The translations under genes were made by a program, and so were the position numbers. 64,000 nucleotides of DNA from Bacteroidales bacterium (lineage in GTDB: Bacteria; Bacteroidota; Bacteroidia; Bacteroidales; UBA3824): the NCBI GenBank assembly GCA_024401025.1, contig JAKSLV010000001.1, forward strand, positions 6,643 to 70,642, in the 5' to 3' direction. This document shows positions 48,460-57,903 of the stretch, piece after piece (positions within the stretch are counted from its first letter, which is position 1; the number at the start of each line of letters is the position of its first letter). The notes beneath the pieces were generated by a model. It searched no databases. It was not told the origin of the DNA and worked only from the letters and a program-made list of their open reading frames with translations.

Positions 48460-49665
48460 ATGGAGAACATTTTAGATACACTGGTATCCGCGCATCATGA
48501 ATGCATGGAGCGGGCCCTCGGCGGCCGCAAATACTCCCTCGACGATCTCTACGCCGTAGAGCAGCGTCATCTTCAGGGTGGTGTGTTCAGGCAGCATGCG
48601 TGTATGTGTACCGTGCAGGGCCACAGGGTGAACGCGCTTTCATGCGGAAACGGCAGCATCAGGGTGATGGCCTGGAGCCAGATGCACGGCAACGAGCCCG
48701 TATCCACACTGGCGCTGGCCGATGTGATGAATTTTCTGGAGGGCGGCAGCCCGATAGCCAGTATGATATTGCAGAATCTGACCATCGTGGCCATTCCGCT
48801 GCTGAATCCCGAGGGACATTTATCCGCCAACAGGCGAAACTCCATGGGCATCGATGTCAACCGCGACGCCTTGGATCTGGTATCGCCTGAGGCTGCTTTT
48901 TTGATGGAGACCCACGCCGCGCTGAAGCCCGATTTCGGACTCAACCTCCACGACCAGGAGCTCTACCACATCACCGAGCCTCTGCGCCGTCAGACTCTTG
49001 TGGCTCTTTTGGCTCCGGAATGTGATGAGGCAAAGACAGTTACCCCGGCACGATACAAGGCCATGCAGGTGGCTGGTTTTGTGGCCAAACAATTGTTGGA
49101 ATCGCCGGTGGCTTCGGGCAGAGTGGCCAAGTATCAGGACTCTTATACTCCTACAGCCTTTGGCGACACGTTCATGAGGAAGGGCACATCGTCGGTGCTG
49201 ATAGAGGCGGGATCGGTGCCAGGCGATCATGAGCGCAATACTGCCAGGCAGATGGTGTTTGCTTCGATAGTGATGTCGCTGTATGCCATGTGCGGAGCCA
49301 TGTACGGTGAAGAGGCAGTATCAGCCTACGACGCCTTGCCGCTGAACATATACAACACCATGTACGACATTGTGTTGCACGGGCTGGAGGTTTCCGCCCC
49401 CGGGCGCAAATACAGGGTGGACGTGGCCATACGCCGCACAAAGACCTCATGCAACGACGAGGATTTTGCCGACGACAGCACCGATTTCCGTATTGCCAAC
49501 ATCGGAAACCTGTCCGCTTTTGCCGCAATAATGGATTTCGGCAATGCCGACATAGCATACAACGGCCCATACAACGGCCTGTATGTGGGCCGCCCTGCCG
49601 ATTTCGACATAGTGGATGCCGCCGGAAATATTATTAACGTAAGAGATTTGCTAACCAATATCTAA
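48460..49665 (+). CDS. M14-family zinc carboxypeptidase-like protein, cytoplasmic
   Basis: Part of ORF 48388..49665, trimmed to ATG 48460 (MENILDTL). Zinc and catalytic motifs QMHGNEP (HxxE), NRRNSMGIDVNRD, GLNLHDQ and LIEAGS. Confidence 0.8.
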   Translation: MENILDTLVSAHHECMERALGGRKYSLDDLYAVEQRHLQGGVFRQHACMCTVQGHRVNALSCGNGSIRVMAWSQMHGNEPVSTLALADVMNFLEGGSPIASMILQNLTIVAIPLLNPEGHLSANRRNSMGIDVNRDALDLVSPEAAFLMETHAALKPDFGLNLHDQELYHITEPLRRQTLVALLAPECDEAKTVTPARYKAMQVAGFVAKQLLESPVASGRVAKYQDSYTPTAFGDTFMRKGTSSVLIEAGSVPGDHERNTARQMVFASIVMSLYAMCGAMYGEEAVSAYDALPLNIYNTMYDIVLHGLEVSAPGRKYRVDVAIRRTKTSCNDEDFADDSTDFRIANIGNLSAFAAIMDFGNADIAYNGPYNGLYVGRPADFDIVDAAGNIINVRDLLTNI

Positions 49666-49668
49666 CAG

Positions 49669-50724
49669 ATGGAAAACAAAACTAATGTGAAGCCTGCCGA
49701 GCCGCTTACCGAGGAACAGCGGCGAGTGCTCATAGGCAACTACTTCAGGATCAACCACGTGGAACTGCCTTCGTTTACCAAGGGCAGGATTCTGCTTACA
49801 TATATTTTCGTGTTTCTGGGTTTCTTGATGATGCTGTACCTTAAGAGCGCGGTGCCCACTGTTATTTTCTGTTCGGCGTGTTTCGTGTTCGCATTCTGGC
49901 AGTTTTATCTTTTCATAAAACCCTATTTCCACGAGCGCAGGCTTTTCGCCAAGCGTCCGCAGGAATCCGACATGTGCTCATGGCTGGTAAAAGACCTCAA
50001 GGAGGTGGTGAAGCCCAGGGCCGTACAGACCCTGAGCCTGAATATGAGCGATGTAAGGCCCGAGAATTTCATCATAATACCGATACCGATTTTCTGGCTG
50101 GCTCCGGGCATCAATGCCGACGATGTGCTAAGGTCGCCCCTGAGCGACGGCTCGTACATATACTCGATGTGGAGGGTGCAGATAATTGTGCTTACAAAAC
50201 ACTACATCAGCCTCTTCAAGTGCAACTACTGCTGGACATCCAATACCATAAGCGGCATCAGCACCAACGAGTTCTATTTCCAGGACATCACATCCATCCG
50301 AAACGATTTCAGGGAGATAGAGTTCAGCTTTGTGGATAATCCCGAGCAGCCCATTGGCGCTGGCAAGGTGTTCTGCGTTACCAATTTCTCGGGCGAGTAT
50401 CTCACAGTAATCAACAACATACCATCGCTTACGGCGCCCAAGAACGTGTCGGTGGATCTGGAATACATGGTGTCGCTGCTCAGGATGGTGATCCGCAACA
50501 GGAGGTTCGGCATCACACATGAGGAGGTTTCCAGGGAGGAGGTTTCTCCAGTGGACGAGAATCCTGATGCCGAGCAGAAACGCGACGAAAACCGCGAGGC
50601 CATCAATTCCATCCACGGCCAGTATTTGGACGATGCGCCCGAGCAGATGCCGTCGCAGTTCGACGATGCGCCGCTTTCCAGTTTCGGAGATGCCGGTGCT
50701 GATGCTGCCCCCAATGCCTCATAG
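49669..50724 (+). CDS. Membrane protein with two N-terminal TM helices, a PH-like soluble domain and an acidic disordered tail; function unknown
   Basis: TM helices ILLTYIFVFLGFLMMLYL and VIFCSACFVFAFWQFYLFI. It starts 3 nt after the M14 gene stop. Confidence 0.6.
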   Translation: MENKTNVKPAEPLTEEQRRVLIGNYFRINHVELPSFTKGRILLTYIFVFLGFLMMLYLKSAVPTVIFCSACFVFAFWQFYLFIKPYFHERRLFAKRPQESDMCSWLVKDLKEVVKPRAVQTLSLNMSDVRPENFIIIPIPIFWLAPGINADDVLRSPLSDGSYIYSMWRVQIIVLTKHYISLFKCNYCWTSNTISGISTNEFYFQDITSIRNDFREIEFSFVDNPEQPIGAGKVFCVTNFSGEYLTVINNIPSLTAPKNVSVDLEYMVSLLRMVIRNRRFGITHEEVSREEVSPVDENPDAEQKRDENREAINSIHGQYLDDAPEQMPSQFDDAPLSSFGDAGADAAPNAS

Positions 50725-50791
50725 AGCGTAAGTATATGAGTGTTTGCGTGTTCAATATTTCAAATAAAAAACTGATAGGGAGATTTTGCTT

Positions 50792-51451
50792 ATGAGAAGA
50801 TTGTGTTTTTGCCTGTTGCTTTTCCTGATGCCCCTTCTGGCGGCTGCCCAGGAGATAAGTCTGGACGACGATGATGATTACGTGAAGCCTCCAAGCCAGG
50901 TTTCCGATTCCATAATTGTGGCCTTCCAGAAGGATTTCAGCAATGCCAAATGCGAGTTCATACAGCTGATGCAGGGCGACGACGTGGATATCAGGTATCA
51001 GCACTACATAAACGACAGCGGTCAGCTGGTATCTGACTCCCTGTATTGCGATTCCGACGGCAACTACAAGTATTGCCGTATATCGCAGATGGGCGATATG
51101 GTGATGGCCGAGTATTTCTCGGGCATCTACAGCGACCTCCAGATGGAGGACCAATGGACATATTATTACAGCCATGGCCGCCTGATACAGACTGTGAACC
51201 TGCACAGCCGAGTAAGCCTGGATACCGAGGACGATTTTGGACAATACGAGTATCTGGAGGAGAAGAGGGTGATTTTCGATCCCGTGAGCAAGTATCCGCT
51301 ATACATCACCCGCGAGGGCGAGGGATATTCGTCGAAGTTCAGCATCAACGATGTGCCTTTCGAGCAGCTGGATGTGCGCAGGCTTATTTACGACAAGTAC
51401 ATGTTTGAGACCGTGGGCAGCAAGATCCTGAACCACGACCTTGATATATAG
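50792..51451 (+). CDS. Secreted hypothetical protein
   Basis: Part of ORF 50786..51451. The track start is TTG, so I trimmed to ATG 50792. Signal peptide MRRLCFCLLLFLMPLLAAAQE. Confidence 0.55.
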   Translation: MRRLCFCLLLFLMPLLAAAQEISLDDDDDYVKPPSQVSDSIIVAFQKDFSNAKCEFIQLMQGDDVDIRYQHYINDSGQLVSDSLYCDSDGNYKYCRISQMGDMVMAEYFSGIYSDLQMEDQWTYYYSHGRLIQTVNLHSRVSLDTEDDFGQYEYLEEKRVIFDPVSKYPLYITREGEGYSSKFSINDVPFEQLDVRRLIYDKYMFETVGSKILNHDLDI

Positions 51452-51479
51452 TTTATCATCTGATATATTATTTGCAAAA

Positions 51480-52217
51480 ATGGAAGTAAAACCATACGCC
51501 GGCAGCAGCAAATCCAAGCGTGAGCAGGTGGAGGAGATGTTCGACAACATTGCCCCAAAATACGATTTCCTCAACCACTCGCTTACAGCCGGTATCGACA
51601 AGATATGGCGCCGAAAGGCCATAAAGCTGGCCAACGAGCACAGCCCCGAATCCATTCTGGACATTGCCGCCGGCACCGGAGATTTCTCCATACTGGAGGC
51701 CAAGCGTACCAACGCCACCATTACGGCCATCGACATCTCTCAAAACATGCTTAACATAGCCATCGAGAAGGCCCGCAAGGAGAACCTCCAGGACAGGATA
51801 ACCTTCATGAAGGCCGACTCGCTCGACATGCCTTTCAGCGACAACTCCTTCGATTCGGTAACGGTGGGTTTCGGTGTAAGGAATTTTGTGGATATTCCCA
51901 AGGGCCTTTCCGAGATATTGCGTGTGCTGAAGCCCGGAGGCCGTCTTGTGGTTTTGGAGCTGAGCGAGCCGCCCAATCCCGTGGTGAAGGCCTGCTACAG
52001 TTTCTATTTCCACAGGGTGCTGCCGTTTTTCGGTCGTCTGGTTTCCAAGGACAAGGAGGCCTACACTTATCTGCCCAACAGTGTGGACAATTTCCCCTAC
52101 GGCGATCGTTTTGTGGATATCATGAAGTCATGCGGATACTGCAACACAATGCTCAAGTGGCTTACGATGGGCATATCGGCCATATACGTGGGCGAAAAGC
52201 CCGTGCAGCAGTCATAG
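51480..52217 (+). CDS. ubiE: Demethylmenaquinone methyltransferase (UbiE/MenG)
   Basis: Part of ORF 51441..52217, trimmed to ATG 51480. EEMFDNIAPKYDFLNHSLTAGIDKIWRRKAI and LDIAAGTGDF are UbiE/MenG hallmarks. Confidence 0.9.
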   Translation: MEVKPYAGSSKSKREQVEEMFDNIAPKYDFLNHSLTAGIDKIWRRKAIKLANEHSPESILDIAAGTGDFSILEAKRTNATITAIDISQNMLNIAIEKARKENLQDRITFMKADSLDMPFSDNSFDSVTVGFGVRNFVDIPKGLSEILRVLKPGGRLVVLELSEPPNPVVKACYSFYFHRVLPFFGRLVSKDKEAYTYLPNSVDNFPYGDRFVDIMKSCGYCNTMLKWLTMGISAIYVGEKPVQQS

Positions 52218-54272
52218 CCTGATGCCTGCTATTATCTGGTCGTCTATCTGGTTTACGGCCACGTTGTAGATTTCGATGCGGGTCCACTGCTGGAATACGG
52301 CGGCTATGGTGGATTCTTGAATGTTTACCGGAAGGTCGTGGATGCCCGACAGCAGCTCGTTGAATCTCTTGCTTCCGAACTTGGTGTGGCTGTCGATACC
52401 GCCAAACTGGTCGGAGAGTCCGTCGCTGAACATGTATATCATGTCGCCGGGTTCGTAGTCCACAATGTTGGATGCAAAATGGCCGCGGTCCAATACGTTG
52501 TAGCCTATGCACATTCTTGTGGGCTTAAACTCCGTAACCTCTCCGTCGTTCACCATCAGCAGCGGGCGGTTGGCGCCCGAATATTGCAGCCTGTTGTTGG
52601 CGCGGTCTATCTTTATCATAGCCAGGTCTATGGAATCGTTCATCTGGTTGTTGCCGTTGCCCAGCAGGGATGTGAATCTCTCCTTCAGCAGGTCCAGGAA
52701 TTGTCCTGTGCTGGTTTCTGATGCCTGCATATCTAGCTCGGCCGATATGTCGTTCATCATAGATATGCCCAGCATGCTCAGGAATGCGCCAGGCACGCCG
52801 TGGCCTGTGGCGTCGGCCACTATCATGTATGTGTATCTGCCGGCCTTGCGCAGCCAGTAGAAGTCGCCTGATACCGGGGCTACAGGTTTCCAGTATATGA
52901 AATAATCCTTCAGACATTCCTTCAGGTCTTCGGGCGTCGACATCAGCGCCTCCTGTATTGGCTTGGCCAGCCTTATGGTGTTGGTCATCCTCTTGGTGAA
53001 TATCGATGATATCTTGGCCTGCTCTTGCAGCGTGTGCAGCTGTTTCTTTATCTTTGATGTCTGGGCCTCTATGGTGTCGTGTATCTCCATCAGCTGAGCG
53101 TTCTGCCCCTCTATCTCGGTTTTTGCATCCTCCAGACGGCGGCGTATGCGCCTCAGCACCAGGCTGTTTATTATCATCAATATCACTATGGCGGCCACTA
53201 TCAGCATGTTCACCTTCAGGATGTTGTTGCGGGTTTGCAGATGCTCGCTCTTTATCTTGAATTCGGTTTCGCGGATGTTCTTTTTGCGCTCATACTCGTC
53301 CATTATCTTGTTGTACTGCATCATGGCCGTGTATTTGTGCGATTGGCTTGCGTTCTCGGTGTTGAAAGTCTTCAGGTTCAGCTTCTCGTTTTTGTCGAAA
53401 TATTCCAGCGCCTTCTTGTAGTTGCCGGTCAACTTGTAGAATTTGTACTTTATCGGATACAGTATGGCCAGCTGCGTTTCGTTCACCTTGCTCTCGTCTA
53501 TTTTTGCCAGTAGTGCTGATGCTTCTGATATGCGCCCCAGATTGATGAGGGCATCAGCCTCGTTGATCTCGAAAAAACTCTCAACGCCCTCATGCGCCTT
53601 TTTGGATTCTTCCTTTGCCTTTCTCGAAAGTATCAGGGCTTCCTCCAGAAACTCCTTGCCCTCGCTTATGGGCACGCTGGTTCCCTTCGATATCAGCACT
53701 CGTGTCACTATCAGCTTCATGGAGCTCTTGTGTTCGGGCCTGAGGCTGTCCACCATGGGTTTCTGTCCCTTTATGAGTATTATGGCGGAGTCGATGGCCT
53801 CCATAGATCCGGTGTGCTCGTATTCGTTTTGCTTGCAAAATGCCATGCAGTAATGTGTAAACACGTGGAAAGGCGTGTTGCCGTTGGCCAGGAAAAGGCT
53901 GTCGGCCTGATTGTAATATCCGAAGGCGGTGGTGTATGCGCCCAGGCTCTTGTAGTTGTCGGCCAGCAGCAGGCGCACGTTGGCCAGCTGAGAGCTGTCG
54001 CCTATCTGTATGCAGCGTGTCTGGGCCATCTCGAGGTATTCCATCGACTTGTTGAGCTCCACCGTGGCGGTAAACAGCCAGCTGATGGTTATCAGGTCCT
54101 GTATTACGGCGCGCTGGTCGCCTATGGAATCATGGTGATTGAGGTGGTGGAATATTGCGCGGAATATGTTGGATTGGGTGGTGTCGTGCGCAATACGCTG
54201 GCCGTTGGCTGCATCTAATGATAGCGCCAACAGCAGTGCTGACAGCAGTATTCTATTGATAATCACCTTCAT
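52212..54272 (-). CDS. Signal peptide, periplasmic TPR domain, TM helix, coiled coil and a PP2C/SpoIIE-type protein phosphatase domain (second paralog)
   Basis: Signal peptide MKVIINRILLSALLLALSLDAANGQ. TM helix ILKVNMLIVAAIVILMIINSLVL. SpoIIE motifs VSGDFYWLRK, VADATGHGVPGAFLSMLG and MFSDGLSDQFGG. Confidence 0.85.
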   Translation of the reverse strand: MKVIINRILLSALLLALSLDAANGQRIAHDTTQSNIFRAIFHHLNHHDSIGDQRAVIQDLITISWLFTATVELNKSMEYLEMAQTRCIQIGDSSQLANVRLLLADNYKSLGAYTTAFGYYNQADSLFLANGNTPFHVFTHYCMAFCKQNEYEHTGSMEAIDSAIILIKGQKPMVDSLRPEHKSSMKLIVTRVLISKGTSVPISEGKEFLEEALILSRKAKEESKKAHEGVESFFEINEADALINLGRISEASALLAKIDESKVNETQLAILYPIKYKFYKLTGNYKKALEYFDKNEKLNLKTFNTENASQSHKYTAMMQYNKIMDEYERKKNIRETEFKIKSEHLQTRNNILKVNMLIVAAIVILMIINSLVLRRIRRRLEDAKTEIEGQNAQLMEIHDTIEAQTSKIKKQLHTLQEQAKISSIFTKRMTNTIRLAKPIQEALMSTPEDLKECLKDYFIYWKPVAPVSGDFYWLRKAGRYTYMIVADATGHGVPGAFLSMLGISMMNDISAELDMQASETSTGQFLDLLKERFTSLLGNGNNQMNDSIDLAMIKIDRANNRLQYSGANRPLLMVNDGEVTEFKPTRMCIGYNVLDRGHFASNIVDYEPGDMIYMFSDGLSDQFGGIDSHTKFGSKRFNELLSGIHDLPVNIQESTIAAVFQQWTRIEIYNVAVNQIDDQIIAGIRL

Positions 54273-54316
54273 ATTGCGCTTTGTTGTCTTATCGGCTTAG
54301 GTTTTGTAATGTGTAA

Positions 54317-54324
54317 CAAATATA
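54317..54324 (-). promoter_or_regulatory. -7 box TAtaTTTG
   Basis: Reverse complement of caaatata, 45 nt upstream of ATG 54272. Confidence 0.4.
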
Positions 54325-54369
54325 ACTCTTTTTTTCGGATTCGTTGATGTTTTATTTGCAAAATCTGTG

Positions 54370-54377
54370 TATCTTTG
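54370..54377 (+). promoter_or_regulatory. -7 box TAtcTTTG
   Basis: TAnnTTTG match, 34 nt upstream of ATG 54411. Confidence 0.45.
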
Positions 54378-54410
54378 CAAAGTTATTCACAAAAAATGTA
54401 CAAATCGATT

Positions 54411-54905
54411 ATGAAATTAAAGTTTTTTGCGTTTTTTGTTCTCTCGGTGCTGATTTTTACAGTCTCTTGCAAGAAGGAGACTCAGCTGGAGCAAGACAAG
54501 GACGCCATCAAGGAATATCTCCGCGATAACGGCATACAGGCCGAGACTACTCAGAATGTGTATTACGTGGTATTGAAGGAGGGCACCGGCGCCAAGTGCA
54601 ATGCCGGCGACGACGTGGCCTACAAATACAAGGTGTCCACTATGAGCCATCCCGATGTTATTGTGGATCAGACCGAAAAAATGGCCGTTACATGCAAATT
54701 GCCTCTGGTGGTTCCCAACAGCCAGCTGAAAGAGACCATGGGTTTGCAGGTGGCTCTCACAACCATGCGCGAGGGCGGCAAGTCTAGATTCTATGTTCCC
54801 GCCTCGCTGGGATACGGCGATGCCGAGTTTGGTGGCGAAACCAACGCCCACCTTGTATACGAGGTAGAGCTCTGCGAGATTTTGTCGAACGGCAACAAGC
54901 ATTAA
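54411..54905 (+). CDS. FKBP-type peptidyl-prolyl cis-trans isomerase, lipoprotein
   Basis: Part of ORF 54375..54905, trimmed to ATG 54411 (MKLKFFAFFVLSVLIFTVSCKKE). FKBP core GLQVALTTMREGGKSRFYVPASLGYGD...LVYEVEL. Confidence 0.85.
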   Translation: MKLKFFAFFVLSVLIFTVSCKKETQLEQDKDAIKEYLRDNGIQAETTQNVYYVVLKEGTGAKCNAGDDVAYKYKVSTMSHPDVIVDQTEKMAVTCKLPLVVPNSQLKETMGLQVALTTMREGGKSRFYVPASLGYGDAEFGGETNAHLVYEVELCEILSNGNKH

Positions 54906-54912
54906 GCATCTG

Positions 54913-56097
54913 ATGAAAGAGAAAGTAGTAATAGGTCTTTCGGGCGGCGTGGACAGCGCGGTGGCTGCATATCTGCTGAAGCAGCAGGGCTACGACGTGC
55001 ACGCCCTCTTCATGATCAACTGGAAAAACTCGTCGGTTACCCTCTCCGGCGACTGCACCTGGGAGGAAGACCAGATGGTGGCCCGTATGGTGGCCAAGCA
55101 GCTGGATATTCCGCTCCACGTGGTGGATAGCAGCGAGAGGTATATGAGCCATGTGGTAGATTACATGTTCGACGAGTATGCCAAGGGACGCACACCAAAC
55201 CCCGACGTGCTGTGCAACAGGGAGATAAAGTTCGAGATTTTCAGCCAGTATGCCAAAGAGCTTGGCGCCGACTACGTGGCCACGGGCCATTATTGCAGGA
55301 AGGAGATGTATCAGGCCCCTGACGGCAACACATACGCGCGCCTGCTGGCCGGCACCGATCCCAACAAGGACCAGAGCTATTTCCTGTGTCAGATGAGTCA
55401 GCAGCAGCTAAAGAATGTGCTGTTTCCCGTGGGCGACATCATAAAGCCCGAGGTAAGGCGCATTGCCGCCGAGATTAATCTGGCGTGTGCCAAGCGTAAG
55501 GATTCGCAGGGTATATGTTTTGTGGGAAAGGTGGATCTTCCGGTTTTCCTTCAGCAGAAACTTAAATCCAAGGAGGGAAACATCGTGGAGATGACCACCG
55601 ACGCCTTTGTGTACCGACGCCGCCATGACGATCCCGACGACTACCGCGCTCTCAGCAAGCCATACATATATACCGAGGACGACGGATTCATTATCGGAAA
55701 ACATATCGGCGCGCAATATTATACCGTGGGTCAGCGCAAGGGCCTCAACATAGGAGGCCACGTAAACTCCACATACGTTTTGGCCACCGACATTAATACC
55801 AACACTATTTATATAGGAGAGGGCGACGATCATGTGGGACTTTTCCGCAAGGCTCTGTTTATCCGCGATTCCGAAATCCACAGCATCCGTCCCGATCTGG
55901 CCCTCAGCCCCGGCGACAGAAAACGCTGCATGGTGAGAATCCGCTACAGACAACCCTTGCAGGCCGCCGAACTGATACGTGAGCCCGAGGGCATGTACAT
56001 CCTATTCGACGAGGCGCAGAAGAGCGTTACTCCAGGACAGTTTGCCGCATGGTATTATGGCGACGAGCTTGTGGGCAGCGGCCCGATAGCCGAATAA
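54913..56097 (+). CDS. mnmA: tRNA 2-thiouridine(34) synthase MnmA
   Basis: PP-loop VVIGLSGGVDSAVAAYLL, CNREIKF, and full-length similarity. Confidence 0.95.
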   Translation: MKEKVVIGLSGGVDSAVAAYLLKQQGYDVHALFMINWKNSSVTLSGDCTWEEDQMVARMVAKQLDIPLHVVDSSERYMSHVVDYMFDEYAKGRTPNPDVLCNREIKFEIFSQYAKELGADYVATGHYCRKEMYQAPDGNTYARLLAGTDPNKDQSYFLCQMSQQQLKNVLFPVGDIIKPEVRRIAAEINLACAKRKDSQGICFVGKVDLPVFLQQKLKSKEGNIVEMTTDAFVYRRRHDDPDDYRALSKPYIYTEDDGFIIGKHIGAQYYTVGQRKGLNIGGHVNSTYVLATDINTNTIYIGEGDDHVGLFRKALFIRDSEIHSIRPDLALSPGDRKRCMVRIRYRQPLQAAELIREPEGMYILFDEAQKSVTPGQFAAWYYGDELVGSGPIAE

Positions 56098-56136
56098 TGT
56101 AAAAAAGTTTTTTTTTGAGGCAGGAGGTATTGGAAA

Positions 56137-57054
56137 TTACTTCCTGCTCATCTTGAAGAGGAATTCCTTCTCCTCCTTGGTGAGGTTGTTGTATCCCGAT
56201 TTCGAAATCTTGTCAAGAATCTCGTCGATGCGTTTCTGGTCGTCGGCCTTCTGCTGATTGAAATCGCTGTCGCTCATGTTTCTGGCGCTGTGCTCGGTGT
56301 ATTCGGTGTTGATGTACGATATGTGCATCTTGGTTTTGGTGCTTGCTTTGCCCGGACGCGATGGCCATATCGAAACCACCTTGTCGATGATGCTGTTCAG
56401 CCAGGCGGTGATGTCCTTGCCGCGGCGTATCATCATTGCAAACAGAAATCCCACAAGTGCGCCGCCAAGGTGGGCAATGTGTCCGCCTGAGTTGCTGCCG
56501 GATATCTGCACCACATCAAAGACAACATATATTATGCCCAGCCACTTAAGGGTTACCGGCAATATTCCGAAAATCCTCACCTCCATGTTTGGCCTTGCCA
56601 TGCAGAGGGCTATCACTATGGCCATTACGGCTGCCGAGGCTCCCACGCAGGTGCTTATGGCCCTAACGTGGTGGAATGCTGGTATCAGATTGTAGAACAG
56701 GGTAAACAGCAGCGCGCCGCCAAGGCCGCCCATCAGATACAGGCCCAGGGCCTGCTTGTTGTTGAAATTCTCCACAAAGATTTTGCCCATGAAAAACAGC
56801 CAGAGCATGTTGCCGAATATGTGCCAGAAGTCGTAATGCACAAACATGTATGTTATCGGAGTCCAAAACCTCATTATCAGACGCTTGGGCTCGGCAGGCA
56901 ATGACAGGTAGCTGCTGGAGAATATGTCGAAGATGGCGTCGTATTCCATCAGCGCCATTACAACCCTTACTATGGTGAGCACAAGGTAGATGGCCACGTT
57001 TATCAGCAGCAGCTTGTTTATCATCGATTCCTTGTAGAATGATTTTATGTCCAT
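56137..57054 (-). CDS. Rhomboid-family intramembrane serine protease
   Basis: Motifs FVHYDFWHIFGNM, catalytic Ser in CVGASAAVMA and His in IAHLGGALVG. A C-terminal cytoplasmic extension is present. Confidence 0.85.
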   Translation of the reverse strand: MDIKSFYKESMINKLLLINVAIYLVLTIVRVVMALMEYDAIFDIFSSSYLSLPAEPKRLIMRFWTPITYMFVHYDFWHIFGNMLWLFFMGKIFVENFNNKQALGLYLMGGLGGALLFTLFYNLIPAFHHVRAISTCVGASAAVMAIVIALCMARPNMEVRIFGILPVTLKWLGIIYVVFDVVQISGSNSGGHIAHLGGALVGFLFAMMIRRGKDITAWLNSIIDKVVSIWPSRPGKASTKTKMHISYINTEYTEHSARNMSDSDFNQQKADDQKRIDEILDKISKSGYNNLTKEEKEFLFKMSRK

Positions 57055-57069
57055 TTCTTTCAGCTTTGT

Positions 57070-57879
57070 TTAGTTAAACAATTCGTTGTGTGGATTTTTC
57101 TTCCACCAGAGCATCAGCATCAGACCTATGAGCATGCCGCCCAGGTGAGCGTAGTGTGCCACATTGTCCCACTGGAAATCGTTGATGCCGAACACCAGCT
57201 CTATCACGCCATACAGCGCCACAAAGTATTTGGCAGGTATGTCGATGGGGATAAACATTATCTGAAGCTTCAGGTTTGGAAACATCATGCCGAAAGCCAG
57301 CAGCAGTCCGAATATGGCTCCCGAGGCTCCCACCATGGGCTGCCAGAGGTAATGCTTGTTCATAAGGTCCTGTATCTGCGATATGCTCTCGTCTATTATG
57401 GCCTGAGGCTCCATCTTGCCTGCCCGCCAGATATCAGCCCACTGACACACCACATCCGGATTTATGAAGCGGCTGGTGTTGGCCATGCTCTCCAGGGTGT
57501 CGGGGGTGGGATTGCTGAAGTATGCGTTTACGGCGTCCAGAAACGGCGACAGCTCCAGATGAGTGGCCACCATGTTGATGAGGCCCGCGCCTATTCCCGT
57601 GGCCATGTAGTAGAATGTGAACCTCTTGATGCCCCAGATGCTCTCTATGGCGCTGCCAAACTGTATCAGGGCAAACATGTTGAAGAATATGTGCATGATG
57701 CCGCCATGCATGAACATGTAGGTGATAAACTGCATGGGCTTAAAGTATGGCGATTTCACGTAATACAGCGCCAGATAGTTGTCTAGCCTTATGTCCCAGC
57801 AGCCTAGCACATATTCCAGGGCAAACAATATTATGTTGGCCCACAGTATGTATTTTACTCCATTGGAAATCCTTAGCAT
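57070..57879 (-). CDS. Rhomboid-family intramembrane serine protease
   Basis: FMHGGIMHIFFNM, catalytic VGASGAIFGLL and HYAHLGGMLIG. Confidence 0.85.
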   Translation of the reverse strand: MLRISNGVKYILWANIILFALEYVLGCWDIRLDNYLALYYVKSPYFKPMQFITYMFMHGGIMHIFFNMFALIQFGSAIESIWGIKRFTFYYMATGIGAGLINMVATHLELSPFLDAVNAYFSNPTPDTLESMANTSRFINPDVVCQWADIWRAGKMEPQAIIDESISQIQDLMNKHYLWQPMVGASGAIFGLLLAFGMMFPNLKLQIMFIPIDIPAKYFVALYGVIELVFGINDFQWDNVAHYAHLGGMLIGLMLMLWWKKNPHNELFN

Positions 57880-57903
57880 ATATATAATAAAGTGTAGGTT
57901 TCG